Shown here one piece after another: positions 41,784-54,775 of a stretch of 64,000 bases of DNA; the stretch's first letter is position 1; every line of letters begins with the position of its first letter. The stretch is from the NCBI GenBank assembly GCA_951406725.2, contig OX597831.1, positions 76,508,001-76,572,000 on the forward strand. The letters run 5' to 3'. This DNA is from Octopus vulgaris (lineage: Eukaryota). The translations under genes were made by a program, and so were the position numbers. Under the pieces are notes generated by a model. That model was not told where the DNA came from. It searched no databases and saw only the letters and a list, made by a program, of their open reading frames with translations.

Positions 41784-42175
41784 CTACTCTCACCACCACC
41801 ACCATGAACACCCCAGCCCCCACTACCACTACCGCCACCGCCACCCAATGCCCATCAATCATTGTCGCCAACTGCACAGATTTCGGACAGCCACCGACAC
41901 TGTCCAGCCACTCTCGTTGTTCTTGACAGCTCAGGGTGGACAATGGTCATTTAATGTGGACAAAGAACAATGGTTACTCGGTAATGAGGGATCACCAACA
42001 CCAACACCACTACCACCGTCATCTCCATCATTATCATCACCAACAGCATCAGCGCTACCACCATTACCGTCATCATCATCATCATCATCATCAACATCAC
42101 CTTTTCTCCACCACGACCATCATCGTCGTCGTCGTAGTCATCATCACCACTCAGTACCTCTCCACCATCACCACC

Positions 42176-42209
<34 letters not shown>

Positions 42210-42380
42210 TCAACATCATCATCGTCGTCATCATCGTCATCATCATCGTCGTCGTCATCATCATCCTAACCACCACCACCACCACCATCGTCATCATCTT
42301 CATCATCACCTTCATCATCATCATCATCATCGTCATCATCATCGTCATCATCATCATCATCATCATCATCATCGTCGTCG

Positions 42381-42416
<36 letters not shown>

Positions 42417-42423
42417 CCACCAC

Positions 42424-42496
<73 letters not shown>

Positions 42497-43189
42497 GTCA
42501 TCGTCATCCTGGTTGTTCTTCCTTATTCTACTCCAAGACAGTTCCAGTCTGTCTCAGATGCCCTCTCCATGCAAACAGCATCCACTCTACTATAGTTGTA
42601 GCAGAGAAGCTTCTACAAGGTAGCTTAAATCGCTAGAAACTACAGCTAAGTCATCTACACATTCACATTCTACCACTTTCGAGAAAGAATGGACACATTG
42701 GACAATTAATGTAGTCTTACATTGCGGTAAAATGACGAGATTGTCACGGATGTAATGTCTTCGATCATAGCCTTTACTCGACCAGGACTGACTTAGGGTT
42801 AAAAAACAAAAGCAAAAACAACCTGGCACTCCGTCGCTTACGACGATGAGTTCCAGTTGATCCGATCAGCGGAACAGCTTGCTCGTGAAATCAACGTGCA
42901 AATGGCTGAGTACTCCGCAGACACATGTACCCTTAACGTAGTTCTCGGGGAGATTCAGCGTGACACAGAATGCAACGAGGCTGGTCCTTTGAAATGCAGG
43001 TACAACACATTTCTTGTCCGCTGATTGGACAAGAGTAACGCAAAATAAAGGGTCTTGCTCAAGACAACAGCAATCTCAGTAAAACCTGGCGGCAAAGCGG
43101 ATTGCACCTGGTTGCACGATTTGTTAGAAATAGCAAATCGAAAAGCATCGAAAGCTATTTTACGCTACCCCTGGGGAAAAAAAAGAGGA

Positions 43190-44085
43190 TTGAGGGTTAC
43201 GGCAACGGCATAAGAAATTAATGATGTGGAAGTCTCAAGAACTGCCAACGAACGTGTGGCACAGAACTGGTTCAGGTGAATCAAGAAAGGTGACACCAGT
43301 CTCGAAGAGAAACCAAGATCAGACGATGAGGCCTTGCTTGAAATGGTTGAACAACAGCTGAGCGCTAGTACTCCTGCATTGTCAGCACAGCTTGGTCCTT
43401 CACAAAGCACCATCAATGGATATCTCATTAAGCTTGGCCTTATAAACAGACACTATCAAGAAGCTTCTGGTGAATTGGCCAACGACTAAGCTCAATGATG
43501 TGCGAACTACTGATAAACCCTTGAGATCCCTGTTTTCGATGTCGAATTGTAACTAAGCATGTAAAATGGATCTATTTTCATAATACTAATGAGATAAATC
43601 AGTGGCTTCGTATCGGAAAGGTTTCAGAACCTGTTGTCAAACAAGAGCAGTTTAAACAGAGTGTGTCTGGTAGAATTTGAGCTTGTTCCCGATGGTCCTA
43701 CTGTGAACTCGAACCTGTATGCTTAACGACGGCAGCGATGATGCATTGAAAGTCCGCTGCCCGGCATCGGTGAATCGAAGGCACTCTTACAGCATAACAA
43801 CACCCCAGTACACACTACGAATGGGACTTGAGCATGAAATCGAGGAATTTGAGGGTCTGGAAGAAGTCTGGAAGCGTTGCCTCTCCCTGCCTCTCAGTCG
43901 AAACGTTACAGCATTAGATTACCATTTCTTGCGAGCTGTGACTCAATAATTTGAATGAGGTTGCTAATGGGTGCAGCGAGGTTTCGCCTCTAAACCAGTC
44001 AAATGGTAGAAGCATGGAATTGAACTTCGGGCACAATGATGCCAACCGACAAAAGAATATGATGCGATATATTCTGATGAATAAA
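43190..44085 (+). mobile_element. Decayed mariner transposase
   Basis: TANERVAQNWFR*IKKGDTSLEEKPRS, RIVTKHVKWIYF (TGDEKW motif), ALDYHFLR. Confidence 0.8.
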
Positions 44086-44114
44086 CGCTTTTCGTATACA
44101 TACATACATACATA

Positions 44115-44400
44115 CATGATGGCCGTCCACTCGTGACCGAGGAAGACCATTGCCGACCTTCAGGAACATTGTGCGCTCTAGGACTAACTTATATTTTGCA
44201 TTCGTGGCTCTGTTGGTGGCTAATGAGCCCTGCTCTTGACAAGCATACATGACTGCAAACATTGCAGACCAAGCTTTCCCCATTCACTATACGAGCTGTG
44301 CTCTCTCAAAAGTGTCGATCCCCTCCTTAACCTGCTTCCTCCATCTGTGACGATGACAGGCATTGTTCTCCCAGTCAGTGTCCTGCATATCAAAAGCCTT
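44115..44400 (-). mobile_element. RTE-like LINE 3' fragment
   Basis: KAFDMQDTDWENNACHRHRWRKQVKEG, then CNVCSHVCLSRAGLISHQQSH. Confidence 0.7.
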
Positions 44401-44447
44401 CATACATACATACATACATACATACATACATACATACATACATACAT

Positions 44448-44639
<192 letters not shown>

Positions 44640-44640
44640 G

Positions 44641-44729
<89 letters not shown>

Positions 44730-44932
44730 GCATAGTTACCGATTGGAATAACCGTTTAAGGGATAAGAATATCCGTTATTACTTCTGGTATAAATTACCA
44801 TGTAAACCCCGGGCATTGATATGCAGGCACAAGAGCTTATCAGGAATCAAATTTTAAATGATCAGAAAACGGAGAAAACCTTTGATCAACAAATTCACCA
44901 ACAAGCTTTCTCCATATTCTCCATATTTCAAA

Positions 44933-45165
44933 TCTATTATATAAAATCCGTTCTGTCTGTCTATGTGTGTTTCTTCTAGGATCTCGGGTATCCTCCATCC
45001 GATTGCGCTCAAATTTAATATGTAGATACTGACGGTATCAGGGCGTGTATAAGTCTTGAAAAGATAACAAAAATCGATTTCAGGTGAGAATGCGATCGAT
45101 AAAGCCGTGGAAACGTGCATATGTAAAATCGTTTTTCTTGGAATAGAAAAACTTTTATCTTTATT
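44933..45165 (+). mobile_element. Helitron-like 5' fragment
   Basis: A|TCTATTATATAAAATCCGTTCTGTCTGTCT start resembling the other Helitron 5' ends. Confidence 0.5.
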
Positions 45166-45324
45166 TCTTCTTTTGCTGGTGTCTCGAATGTAGGTTAAAT
45201 CAGTGTTTCTCAAAGGGGAGGCCTATGGGACGGTCGGACAAGTTGTTTTGAAAAAAATTGGTTTAAACTCAGCACCGTCCATTGGACGGGGGTCGTTTTG
45301 CTCGTTATATACATACATACAAAC

Positions 45325-45482
<158 letters not shown>

Positions 45483-45567
45483 TTAGATACAAACACACAA
45501 ACATACATATGTAATAATAAGAACAATAACAACAGCAACAACAACAACAACAACAACAATAATAATG

Positions 45568-45637
<70 letters not shown>

Positions 45638-45734
45638 TAGTGGTGATGATGATGATGATAATGATTTCATTTATTTGCCGCAAAGGCGAAGGATGACGGA
45701 GGCATTACAAAGACAGACATAAAATGTTGGGCTT

Positions 45735-45767
<33 letters not shown>

Positions 45768-45770
<3 letters not shown>

Positions 45771-46167
45771 CTTACTGTGGTCAAGGCTGCGTGGCGTTCG
45801 ATTACAAATAGATAGAATTTTTAAAAAATACGCATTGTGTACAGGGACATCACAAACGAGTGAAAAATACGTAAACACACGAGAGACAAGTAGAGGACAA
45901 AATACGAAAAGATGATAAGTCTTCGTCGGTTGTCGCTCTGTTTATTACTTCCATACTTTTAATGAAGTTTCCCTTCGTTAAAAGCACGAAACAGGGAATA
46001 ATATCATAGTCGACAACCGAGGAGGGGTTAGACTTCTTTTGGTATTTTGTCTCTCATTGTGTATTTACGTATTTTTCCCTCGTTGGTGATGTCCTGTACA
46101 CAATGCGTATTTTTTAAATTCTATTTATTATAATCGAACGCCACGCAACCTTGAGTCCCGTAAGTTC
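45768..46167. mobile_element. ~400 bp imperfect palindromic (foldback) element; another right half at 47083-47248
   Basis: GAACTTAC...GCGTGGCGTTCGATTA...ATACGCATTGTGTACAGG pairs with CCTGTACACAATGCGTAT...TAATCGAACGCCACGC...GTAAGTTC. Confidence 0.8.
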
Positions 46168-46269
46168 TTGCATTTCTATATAATTTCTACGACTGCTTTC
46201 TTTCTTTCACTCTATCCCACTATAACCTTCTTTGTTTCCCCTATCTGTCTTTCTTCCACTCCCTACTAT

Positions 46270-46686
46270 CTATTTCTTTACTACCCACAAGGGGCTAAAC
46301 ACAGAGATGACAAACAAGGACAGAAAAACGGATTAAGTCGATTATATCGACCCCAGTGGGTAACTGGTACTTAATTTATCGACTCCGAAAGGATGAAAGG
46401 CAAAGTCAACCTCGGCGGAATTTGAATTCAGAACGTAGCGGCAGACGAAATACCTATTTCTTTACTACCCACAAGGGGCTAAACACAGAGGGGACAAACA
46501 AGGACAGACATAGGTATTAAGTCGATTACATCGACCCCAGTGCGTAACTGGTACTTAATTTATCGACCCCGAAAGGATGAAAGGCAAAGTCAACCTCGGC
46601 GGAATTTGAACTCAGAACGTAGCGGCAGACGAAATACCGCTACGCATTTCGCCCGGCATGCTAACGTTTCTGCCAGCTCGCCGCCT
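46270..46686 (-). mobile_element. SINE family B, head plus two body units
   Basis: Family B homology. Confidence 0.9.
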
Positions 46687-47266
46687 ACTATCTGTCATTC
46701 CTTCTCCCTTGTCCTCACACCTTTTGTTTCTTTCCCTCATCCTCTCTCTTGTCTCCACCTCTGCCTCTGTTACTCACGCGTGACTACGGTCCATTTCTCT
46801 TGCCCCTTGTCTTTTCTAGACGAGACGCCCATCAGGTTGGCCGTCATTTTTCTCAGGTTCCGACATTTTTCTTCTACTATTTTCTTCTCTTCTATTTATT
46901 CTATATCCTTTCAAAATCTCTCCCGGGTGTTAACCATTACAATTCGTCTTGGAATAACGACCCTTAAATGTTTATCTTCGTCGGTTGTTTACTCTGTACG
47001 TCCACTCTGTCGTTGTTTGTTCGTTCGAAGCTCTAATTCTCCATGAATTTTATATTTTCAAAAGTTCTGGATGCTGCTGTCTTATGAAGTTACCCTATAT
47101 TGCCGTTAAAAGCACGAAATATGAATAATAAACAGTCCCACAACAGATGAGCAGCTATCTTCTTTTGGCATTTCGTCCTGTACTTATCTCCCGTGTGTTT
47201 ACGTATTTTTCACTCGTTGGTGATGTCCTGTACACAATGAGTTTTTTTATTATATATATATATATG

Positions 47267-47350
<84 letters not shown>

Positions 47351-47885
47351 TACAAATATATGTGTGTGAGGTATGGTGGGTGGATTGTGAGTGCAACAGC
47401 CTAACCACTAAACCACGCCTTCATATATACATATCCGAATGAACATTTATACACACACAGACACACACACACAGGCGCACACGCACACACACATACAGAC
47501 ACGCGCGCGCGCACACAACAACAACAACAACAACAACAAGAAAACATTTGCATACAGAAAAAGCAAGGAAAATAGAGATGGTGAAGGTGGAGAAACGGTA
47601 GAGAGAGAAAGAGAGGAAGAGAAAGAGAGAGGAAGGAGAGAGAGGGAGGAGAGAGAGCGAGAGAGAGAGAGTGAGGGAAAGAGAGTCTGTATGGAAGAGA
47701 CAGCCAGTCAGCTACAGAACACATTTGGATGAGATCACAAAGTGATAAGAACAGCCCGGATTACTCTGCACTCTCTTACTAAACCATGTTTATCAAGTAA
47801 GTGTTTTCATTACTGTATACACGCGCCAGCACAGACACACACACACACATACATACATACATATGTAAGCTTTTATATTTGATTC

Positions 47886-47953
<68 letters not shown>

Positions 47954-48001
47954 GAATATATATATTCATGTATATATATATATATTCATATATATACGTA
48001 C

Positions 48002-48034
<33 letters not shown>

Positions 48035-48069
48035 CATATATTTGCATATATATATACGTAAATATATAT

Positions 48070-48473
48070 ACTCTTTTACTTGTTTCAGTCATTTGACTGC
48101 GGCCATGCTGGAGCACCGCCTTTAATCGAGCAACTCGACCCCGGGACTTATTCTTTTTTTGTAAGCCCAGTACTTATTCTATCGGTCTCTTTTGCCGAAC
48201 CGCTAAGTAACGGGGACATAAACACACCAGCATCGGTTGTCAAGCAATGCTAGGGGGACAAACACAGACACACAAACACACACACGCATATATATACATA
48301 CATATATACGACGGGCTTCTTTTCAGTTTCCGTCTACCAAATCCACTCACAAGGCTTTGGTCGGCCCGAGGCTATAGTAGAAGACACTTGCCCAAGGTGC
48401 CACGCAGTGGGACTGAATCCGGAACCATGTGGTTGGTAAACAAGCTACTTACCACACAGCCACTCCTGCGCCT
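48070..48473 (-). mobile_element. SINE family A, full length
   Basis: Family A homology. Confidence 0.9.
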
Positions 48474-48483
48474 ATATATATAT

Positions 48484-48794
48484 CACCACCGTGATCACCG
48501 TGACCGACCAGGCTATCAGATGTTGCTACACATCGCTGGTCACAATGCGCTTCGCATTGCTTTTTAGCCTTCAAATGACGCCACCCCGCTGGCTAAGCGA
48601 GCAGGCCAACAGAAGAAAGAATGAGAGAAAGTTGTGGCGAAAGAGTACAGCAGGGATCACCACCATCCCTGCCGGAGCCTCGTGGAGCTTTAGGTGTTTT
48701 CACTCAATAAACACTCACAACGCCCGGTCTGGGAATCGAAACCGCGATCCTACGACCGCGAGTCCGCTGCTCTAACCACTGGGCCATTGCGCCT

Positions 48795-48798
<4 letters not shown>
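48484..48798 (-). mobile_element. SINE family C, full length
   Basis: Matches 38799-39104. Confidence 0.9.
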
Positions 48799-48830
<32 letters not shown>

Positions 48831-48834
48831 ACAT

Positions 48835-48875
<41 letters not shown>

Positions 48876-48911
48876 CATTTATACATAGTTCGATTTGAAA
48901 CCCCCACTATA

Positions 48912-48963
<52 letters not shown>

Positions 48964-49182
48964 TATATATACATATATATACGTACATATATATATATAT
49001 ATATATATACATAAACATATATATGCGTACATATATATATATATGTATATATATACATATATATACATATATATATATGTACATATATATATATATGCAT
49101 ATATATACACACATATATATATATACGTACATATATGTATATATACATAAACACATATATACGTACTTATATATATATGTAG

Positions 49183-49503
49183 ACGTAGGCGTGGTTGTGT
49201 GGTAAGAGGCTTGCTTCCCAATCACATGGTTCTGGGTTCAGTCCAACTGCACAGCATTTTGGGCAAGTGTCTTCTACTATAGCCTCGGACCGACCGAAGC
49301 CTTGTGAGTGAATTTGATAGATGGAAACTGATGTAGGTGTGTTTACGTCCCCATAATCTAGCGGTTCGGTAAAAGAAACCGATAAAATAAATACTAGGTT
49401 TACGAAAAATTAGTCCTAGGGTCGATTTATTCAACTAAAGTTGGTGCTCCAGCATGGCCGCAGCGAAATGACTGAAACAAGTAAAAGAATTAAAGAATAA
49501 AAG

Positions 49504-49505
<2 letters not shown>
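49183..49505 (+). mobile_element. SINE family A with internal deletion
   Basis: Head and tail present, microsatellite region missing. Confidence 0.8.
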
Positions 49506-49559
<54 letters not shown>

Positions 49560-49563
<4 letters not shown>

Positions 49564-50580
49564 TTCAGCAAAAATTTAGATTCGAATGAATATGGTACTT
49601 AATTTAGATGTACCAGAATTCTGTATGGTGTTATCCATAAAAAATCCTTGGGGTGATTATAATCAAAATAAGCAACAAGAATGACTCCGGTCATGTTCTC
49701 CAATACTAAGTAGCATTAATCCTATGTCCCCAGGGAAACTATTTGGTTCATCTTGATTATCTCACTCCCATTTCTTAATATATAATTAACCTAAGATATT
49801 TTTACCTAACTAATTAACTTTTATCCGCAGGTAGTAAATGTATTTCCAATAGATCCTATATTTTAATTCATTAATATCAACTCACTATCCATGAAATTTG
49901 AATAATTTACTCTTCTAAATTACCTCTCTTCATATTATAAAATATAACCTATGAATATCTTCCTTCTTTGATTTTCCCTCTTCCATCTTTCTTAGTATAT
50001 ATTTTGACCCCTAATATGTTCATTTGATTAATAAGGCTCCCCGCCCAGTTAATAAGTACTATGCCTACTCATAATAAGTGATAGTCTCTTTCTCCAAATT
50101 TGAATAAATTTTAGATTTATATTTTTTCCTTTATTCTAACGTGTCAAAGTACTTGGAACTTATAGACCAATTGTTGTGTTGATATGCATAGGGTTTGTAA
50201 GGTCTCTGAATTCTCTGTGAATGTTATTGTGATCATTTGACTTTGACCTAGTTCTCCTAACGTTGAATCTGTTCATCAAATAGTAGTAATTGGCATTTAG
50301 TTGTGACAATGCTGTCTTCAACATAAATTCCTTATGTGGAGCTATGACATCCCCTTTACCCCATTTCTATAATTAGAAAATCTTTATTGTCTCTTTTCAT
50401 TTGTTCTTCCATCTCAAAACCTTACAGTAGTTTGGAACAACTGAATCTTAGTCAGTCAGTTGATGGGCTCCACTACCTCAAATGTTCTTAAAATCTAAAT
50501 CCACATCTTTGTCTATATATCTACCTTCTCTATAATGTTGCCACTTGATATGAACATTTTTGTATTAATGGAAAACCTCT
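49560..50580 (-). mobile_element. Decayed Penelope-like element 3' part (GIY-YIG remnant)
   Basis: Minus strand near 50470-50560 reads KWQHYREGRYIDK then RF*EHLR, resembling CxxC-YIG...RFKEH; adjacent hammerhead. Confidence 0.5.
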
Positions 50581-50584
50581 ATAA

Positions 50585-50670
50585 TTGGCTGCTGAGTGCT
50601 CAGCATTTTAAAACTGTTGTAATACTTACAACACTTAATAAAATGATGTAGTACGAAACGATCGTACCAA
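50585..50670 (+). ncRNA. Type I hammerhead motif with long, well-paired stem II (core variant CTGCTGA)
   Basis: TTGG-CTGCTGA-GTGCT..CATTTTA..TGTTGTAA tac TTACAACA..TAAAATG..AGTAC-GAAAC-GATC-GTA-CCAA. Confidence 0.65.
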
Positions 50671-50694
50671 ATTACCGGAGTCATTCTTGTTGCT

Positions 50695-50764
<70 letters not shown>

Positions 50765-50781
50765 GTTTGTATGTATGTATG

Positions 50782-50837
<56 letters not shown>

Positions 50838-50876
50838 CAGTGTGAGATAAAAAAAACCCAAGGCTGTGATAAATAG

Positions 50877-50924
50877 ATCTTACAGCTATTTCCAGGATAT
50901 TTATCATATCCCTTCATCGGAGAC
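50877..50924 (-). ncRNA. Hammerhead motif, inverted degenerate copy of 50959-51006
   Basis: Minus GTCT-CCGATGA-AGGGAT...ATCCT-G-GAAAT-AGCT-GTA-AGAT. Confidence 0.55.
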
Positions 50925-50958
50925 GGCGAAATCTTCTGCTTAACCCCTTTCTCACACC

Positions 50959-51006
50959 GTCTCTGATGAAGGGATTTAATAAATATCCTGGAAACAGCTG
51001 TAAGAC
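50959..51006 (+). ncRNA. Minimal type I hammerhead ribozyme with intact core
   Basis: GTCT-CTGATGA-A-GGGAT ttaataaat ATCCT-G-GAAAC-AGCT-GTA-AGAC; palindromic ACAGCTGT stem-loop III. Confidence 0.75.
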
Positions 51007-51238
51007 CTTCTATTTATAAATGTTCTAAAATCTTCACTGCCTTGGTTTTTTTTATCTCATTCTGAAAAAAAAAAAATTTTTTATATACACATGCTGATAT
51101 TTGACCTACGTTGGACTCCTTATTCGCATAATCACCGAACCTGAACCTTAGCTATGGTATTACCTGAAACCTGTGGGTCTTATTGGCACCATTACCTCTC
51201 ATAACCTCTCTCTCTTTGTCTCTCTCTCTCTCTTTCTC

Positions 51239-51283
<45 letters not shown>

Positions 51284-51292
51284 AGATATATA

Positions 51293-51448
51293 TAACAGTT
51301 TGATTCGGTTCCGTGCTACTTCAGGTTTCGCAGGCCCTTAAGTGAAGTCCGCCTCCTTGGCGCTTCTGGAATGCCGAATCTGAAAAAGCTGAGCTCCTGT
51401 TAGGGACCTGCCAAACTTGGAGTAGCACGGAACCGAATTAAACTGTTA
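51293..51448. mobile_element. MITE with ~48 bp TIRs next to (TA)n
   Basis: TAACAGTTTGATTCGGTTCCGTGCTACT and AGTAGCACGGAACCGAATTAAACTGTTA. Confidence 0.85.
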
Positions 51449-52156
51449 GATAATACATATAATTCCTACTGAATGATTTGAGGGCCCTTTTCTTTCATTT
51501 GTCCACTCGCTCCCCCCCTTTCTCTCTCTCCCTCTATATATATATAAAAGCTAAATTATGAGGGTAGAAATTAATATCAATTTAAACCAGTGGCCTAGTA
51601 TATTTTAAAAAATCCGAAGATTTAGAAAATTATATTACATATATATAAAGAGGAATGACCACCAGGTGGATTCCTGATATACTAGAAGAAGACCCTAAAT
51701 GGTCTCACCACGAAGAAAATTGTTCTCAAGATATATATATATATAAATCGTTGCTATTATCCAAAGGTGTGGTAAGTCCAAAACGTTGCTTTTTCAGAAA
51801 ACGGAAAAATAGTTTTACCATTCCATAGTAAAACCGTTGTATAGCACTTTGTCAATTCTTGATATCTTGCATCTGAAGCCGCTGGAGATGTGATGGTTTG
51901 ACCAAAGGAAATGGCTATTGCAATCAAAAATAAATATTGAAAAAAAAAACGTATTTAGCCAAACTTGGACATACGGCATTTTAACATAATAACAACCATA
52001 TATATATATATATACATATATGTATACATGACGTAATGCAACATGGTTTCTGTGTACCAAATTCAATGATGACAAAACGTCGGGGATTGGTCGGCTTTCT
52101 GGAAGATATTTACTCACCTCGCTGAATGTCTAACAACACAACATTTTTTTATATTA

Positions 52157-52544
52157 CTAGTAGTATCGCCTGGCGTTGCTCGGGGTTGTTTTGACCCTTT
52201 AGAATTGAATTTTTTGAAAAGTAAAAATTTTGCATTATGTAGCTTGTTATTCTCTTTAAGTGAACATTTTTCTGGTTGAAATACACCGGCGATACAGCAG
52301 TCAAAAAATCGGCGATACAGCAGTCAAAAAATCGTAAAAAATAGGGATTTTCATAGAAAAAAAGCACCTTTTTGATGTAAATAATTTTCGGTGTTAACAA
52401 GGTCCGATTTGATTTTTTTCTACGGAAGGAAGAGCAAGTTTTGGTCAACTTGCGCCGCAGGGTCTCGGAGGAGATAGTGTTAGTTGAAGGCTACCAAAGC
52501 TGCCACACACTGAAGACAACTTCAGCTTTATAGAGAGAGAGAGA
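52157..52544 (-). mobile_element. Non-autonomous Helitron, third body type
   Basis: ACTAGTAGTATCGCCTGGCGTTGCTCGGG terminus; internal duplicated CGGCGATACAGCAGTCAAAAAATC. Confidence 0.75.
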
Positions 52545-52695
52545 TTGACAACTAATCGCACGTCATTGCCGTCTTACGAGTATTGGCGACGCAACTATTT
52601 TCAAAGTCAAACGCGCTAAATCCAAATTTGCGTGGAGATACATATCTATACCAATGTCTATGCCTATCTATCTGACTGTCTATCTCTCTATATAA

Positions 52696-52733
<38 letters not shown>

Positions 52734-52809
52734 TAATATATAATATTGTAAAAATGGTAAGACAACAAAATAATGAATGAGACCTCGATATTATGTAAAT
52801 AGAGGAATT

Positions 52810-53003
52810 TATCTGTAAATGTAATATGTGACAATTATTCGGTTGCCATGATAAAACTCCGAGTTTCGGATTCGGGGAGAAAGCTCGCACCGGCATCTAT
52901 ATCGATAACTGAAGAGATGCCGATGCGGGTTTCCGCCCCGACATCCGAAACTCGGAGTTTTATCATGGCAACCGAATAATTGTCATATATTATATTTACA
53001 GAT
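52810..53003. mobile_element. Near-perfect ~195 bp palindromic MITE-like element
   Basis: TGACAATTATTCGGTTGCCATGATAAAACTCCGAGTTTCGGAT pairs perfectly with ATCCGAAACTCGGAGTTTTATCATGGCAACCGAATAATTGTCA. Confidence 0.85.
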
Positions 53004-53134
53004 ATATATATATATATATATATACTCATACATTTATTCATACATACATATGTCTGTATACATGTGTGGAGGAGGGTACGTAAATAAAGATACCCCAGCC
53101 CCATTTATATATGTACACACACACACACACCACA

Positions 53135-53464
53135 CATATGGTGATTAACCACCTCCTGTACCTACACCTTAACACCATCATGCCATCTGATGTGGCTTTT
53201 TAAAGTCAGACAATGTCCTGAAAAGACACCCACATAGATTGCGTATCTGATTTGGACCACCAAGAGCTACAGATAAGTTCTGCTCTTTGTGGATCTTCAA
53301 ATGTCTTTCGAGGTCTCCGTTGGATTTGCAAACCTTCTGGCATACATTACATTGAAAAGTGTGCACAGACATATAAGCAGAATAGTTGGTGGAGGTTCGT
53401 TTTCCACCCGTTCGCAGATGAGATTTGAGGCCAGCAAAAGACAGGCATGGTCTGTCACAGACTG

Positions 53465-53468
<4 letters not shown>
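53135..53468 (-). mobile_element. RTE-like LINE 3' fragment with C2H2-type fingers
   Basis: CTVCDRPCLSFAGLKSHLR, FQCNVCQKVCKSNGDLERHLKIH and a third broken finger; first finger resembles 44115-44400. Confidence 0.6.
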
Positions 53469-53499
<31 letters not shown>

Positions 53500-53517
53500 A
53501 CACACAAACACACACAA

Positions 53518-53550
<33 letters not shown>

Positions 53551-53854
53551 AAATATGTAATATGTACACATGTTCGTTTACATTTTTAGGGATATATATA
53601 CACATATTCACACGCACACACGCATACATTGATACATACATACAAACATACAAGTAAACATGCATCCACACACACATACATCAAGACACACATATGCAAA
53701 TGTATGTCGGAAGGGGTTTGGTGTTAAGTCCCAGAGTGCGGGACCTTGCATAAATTCAATCTACGATAGAGCTTCTCCTTGATTCTTTGTAACAGAAGCT
53801 CGTTGACGAAAATTGTTTCGGAAGCCTTCTTCTCTGTGTATGTGTGTGTATGTG

Positions 53855-53915
<61 letters not shown>

Positions 53916-53970
53916 ACTTGCGTGTCTACGCATGTATGATGCATGTATGCGAGAGTATGTCTCCCCTTTC

Positions 53971-54018
<48 letters not shown>

Positions 54019-54194
54019 AATGCCGGTAGTTTTGACTTTAAGAGTCCCTCCTAGCGTGCGGCATTTATGTGTAATAATGTCCTATATATAAATAAATAAA
54101 TATATTCAAGTGAAAAAATTTACAGATTTTTTCTCTTATGAGGTTTTTCACGCTAACTACTTGATAATTTCTTATAAAGATTTTATCCTATTCT

Positions 54195-54260
<66 letters not shown>

Positions 54261-54537
54261 AATGTAGATATGTGACTGTGTGGTAAGAAATTCTTGTGTT
54301 CAGTCACACTGCGTGGCACCTTAGGCAAGTGTCATCTACTCTAGCCTCGGACTGAACAAAGCCTTGCGAGTGGATTTGGTAGATGGAATTTGAAAGAAAT
54401 CCGTCGCCCGCATGTGTGTGTGTGTGTTTGTGTGTAAACACGAAATTGGATAATTCCGGGTATTATTTATTCACCATTACATATGTTTCGCTTGCCAATA
54501 GGAGTTACAAAATTGTACATGTCGGAGAAAACTTGTA

Positions 54538-54775
54538 AGGGCGGCGAGCTGGCAGAAACGCTAACACGTCGGGCGAAATGCTTAGCAGTATTTCGTCTGC
54601 CGCTGCGTTCTGAGTTCAAATTCCACCGAGGTCGACTTTGCCTTTCATCATTTCGGGGTTGATTAAATAAGTACCAGTTACGCACTGGGGGTCGATATAA
54701 TCGACTTAATCCGTTTGTCTGTCCTTGTTTGTCCTCTCTGTGTTTAGCCCCTTGTGGGTAGTAAAGAAATAGGTA
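54538..54775 (+). mobile_element. SINE family B monomer
   Basis: Family B homology. Confidence 0.9.

Noticed and set aside
45201-45305. hAT-like terminus CAGTGTTTCTCAA (similar ends near 36003 and 61530)
   Set aside because: Single ends only; no matching TIR or TSD found
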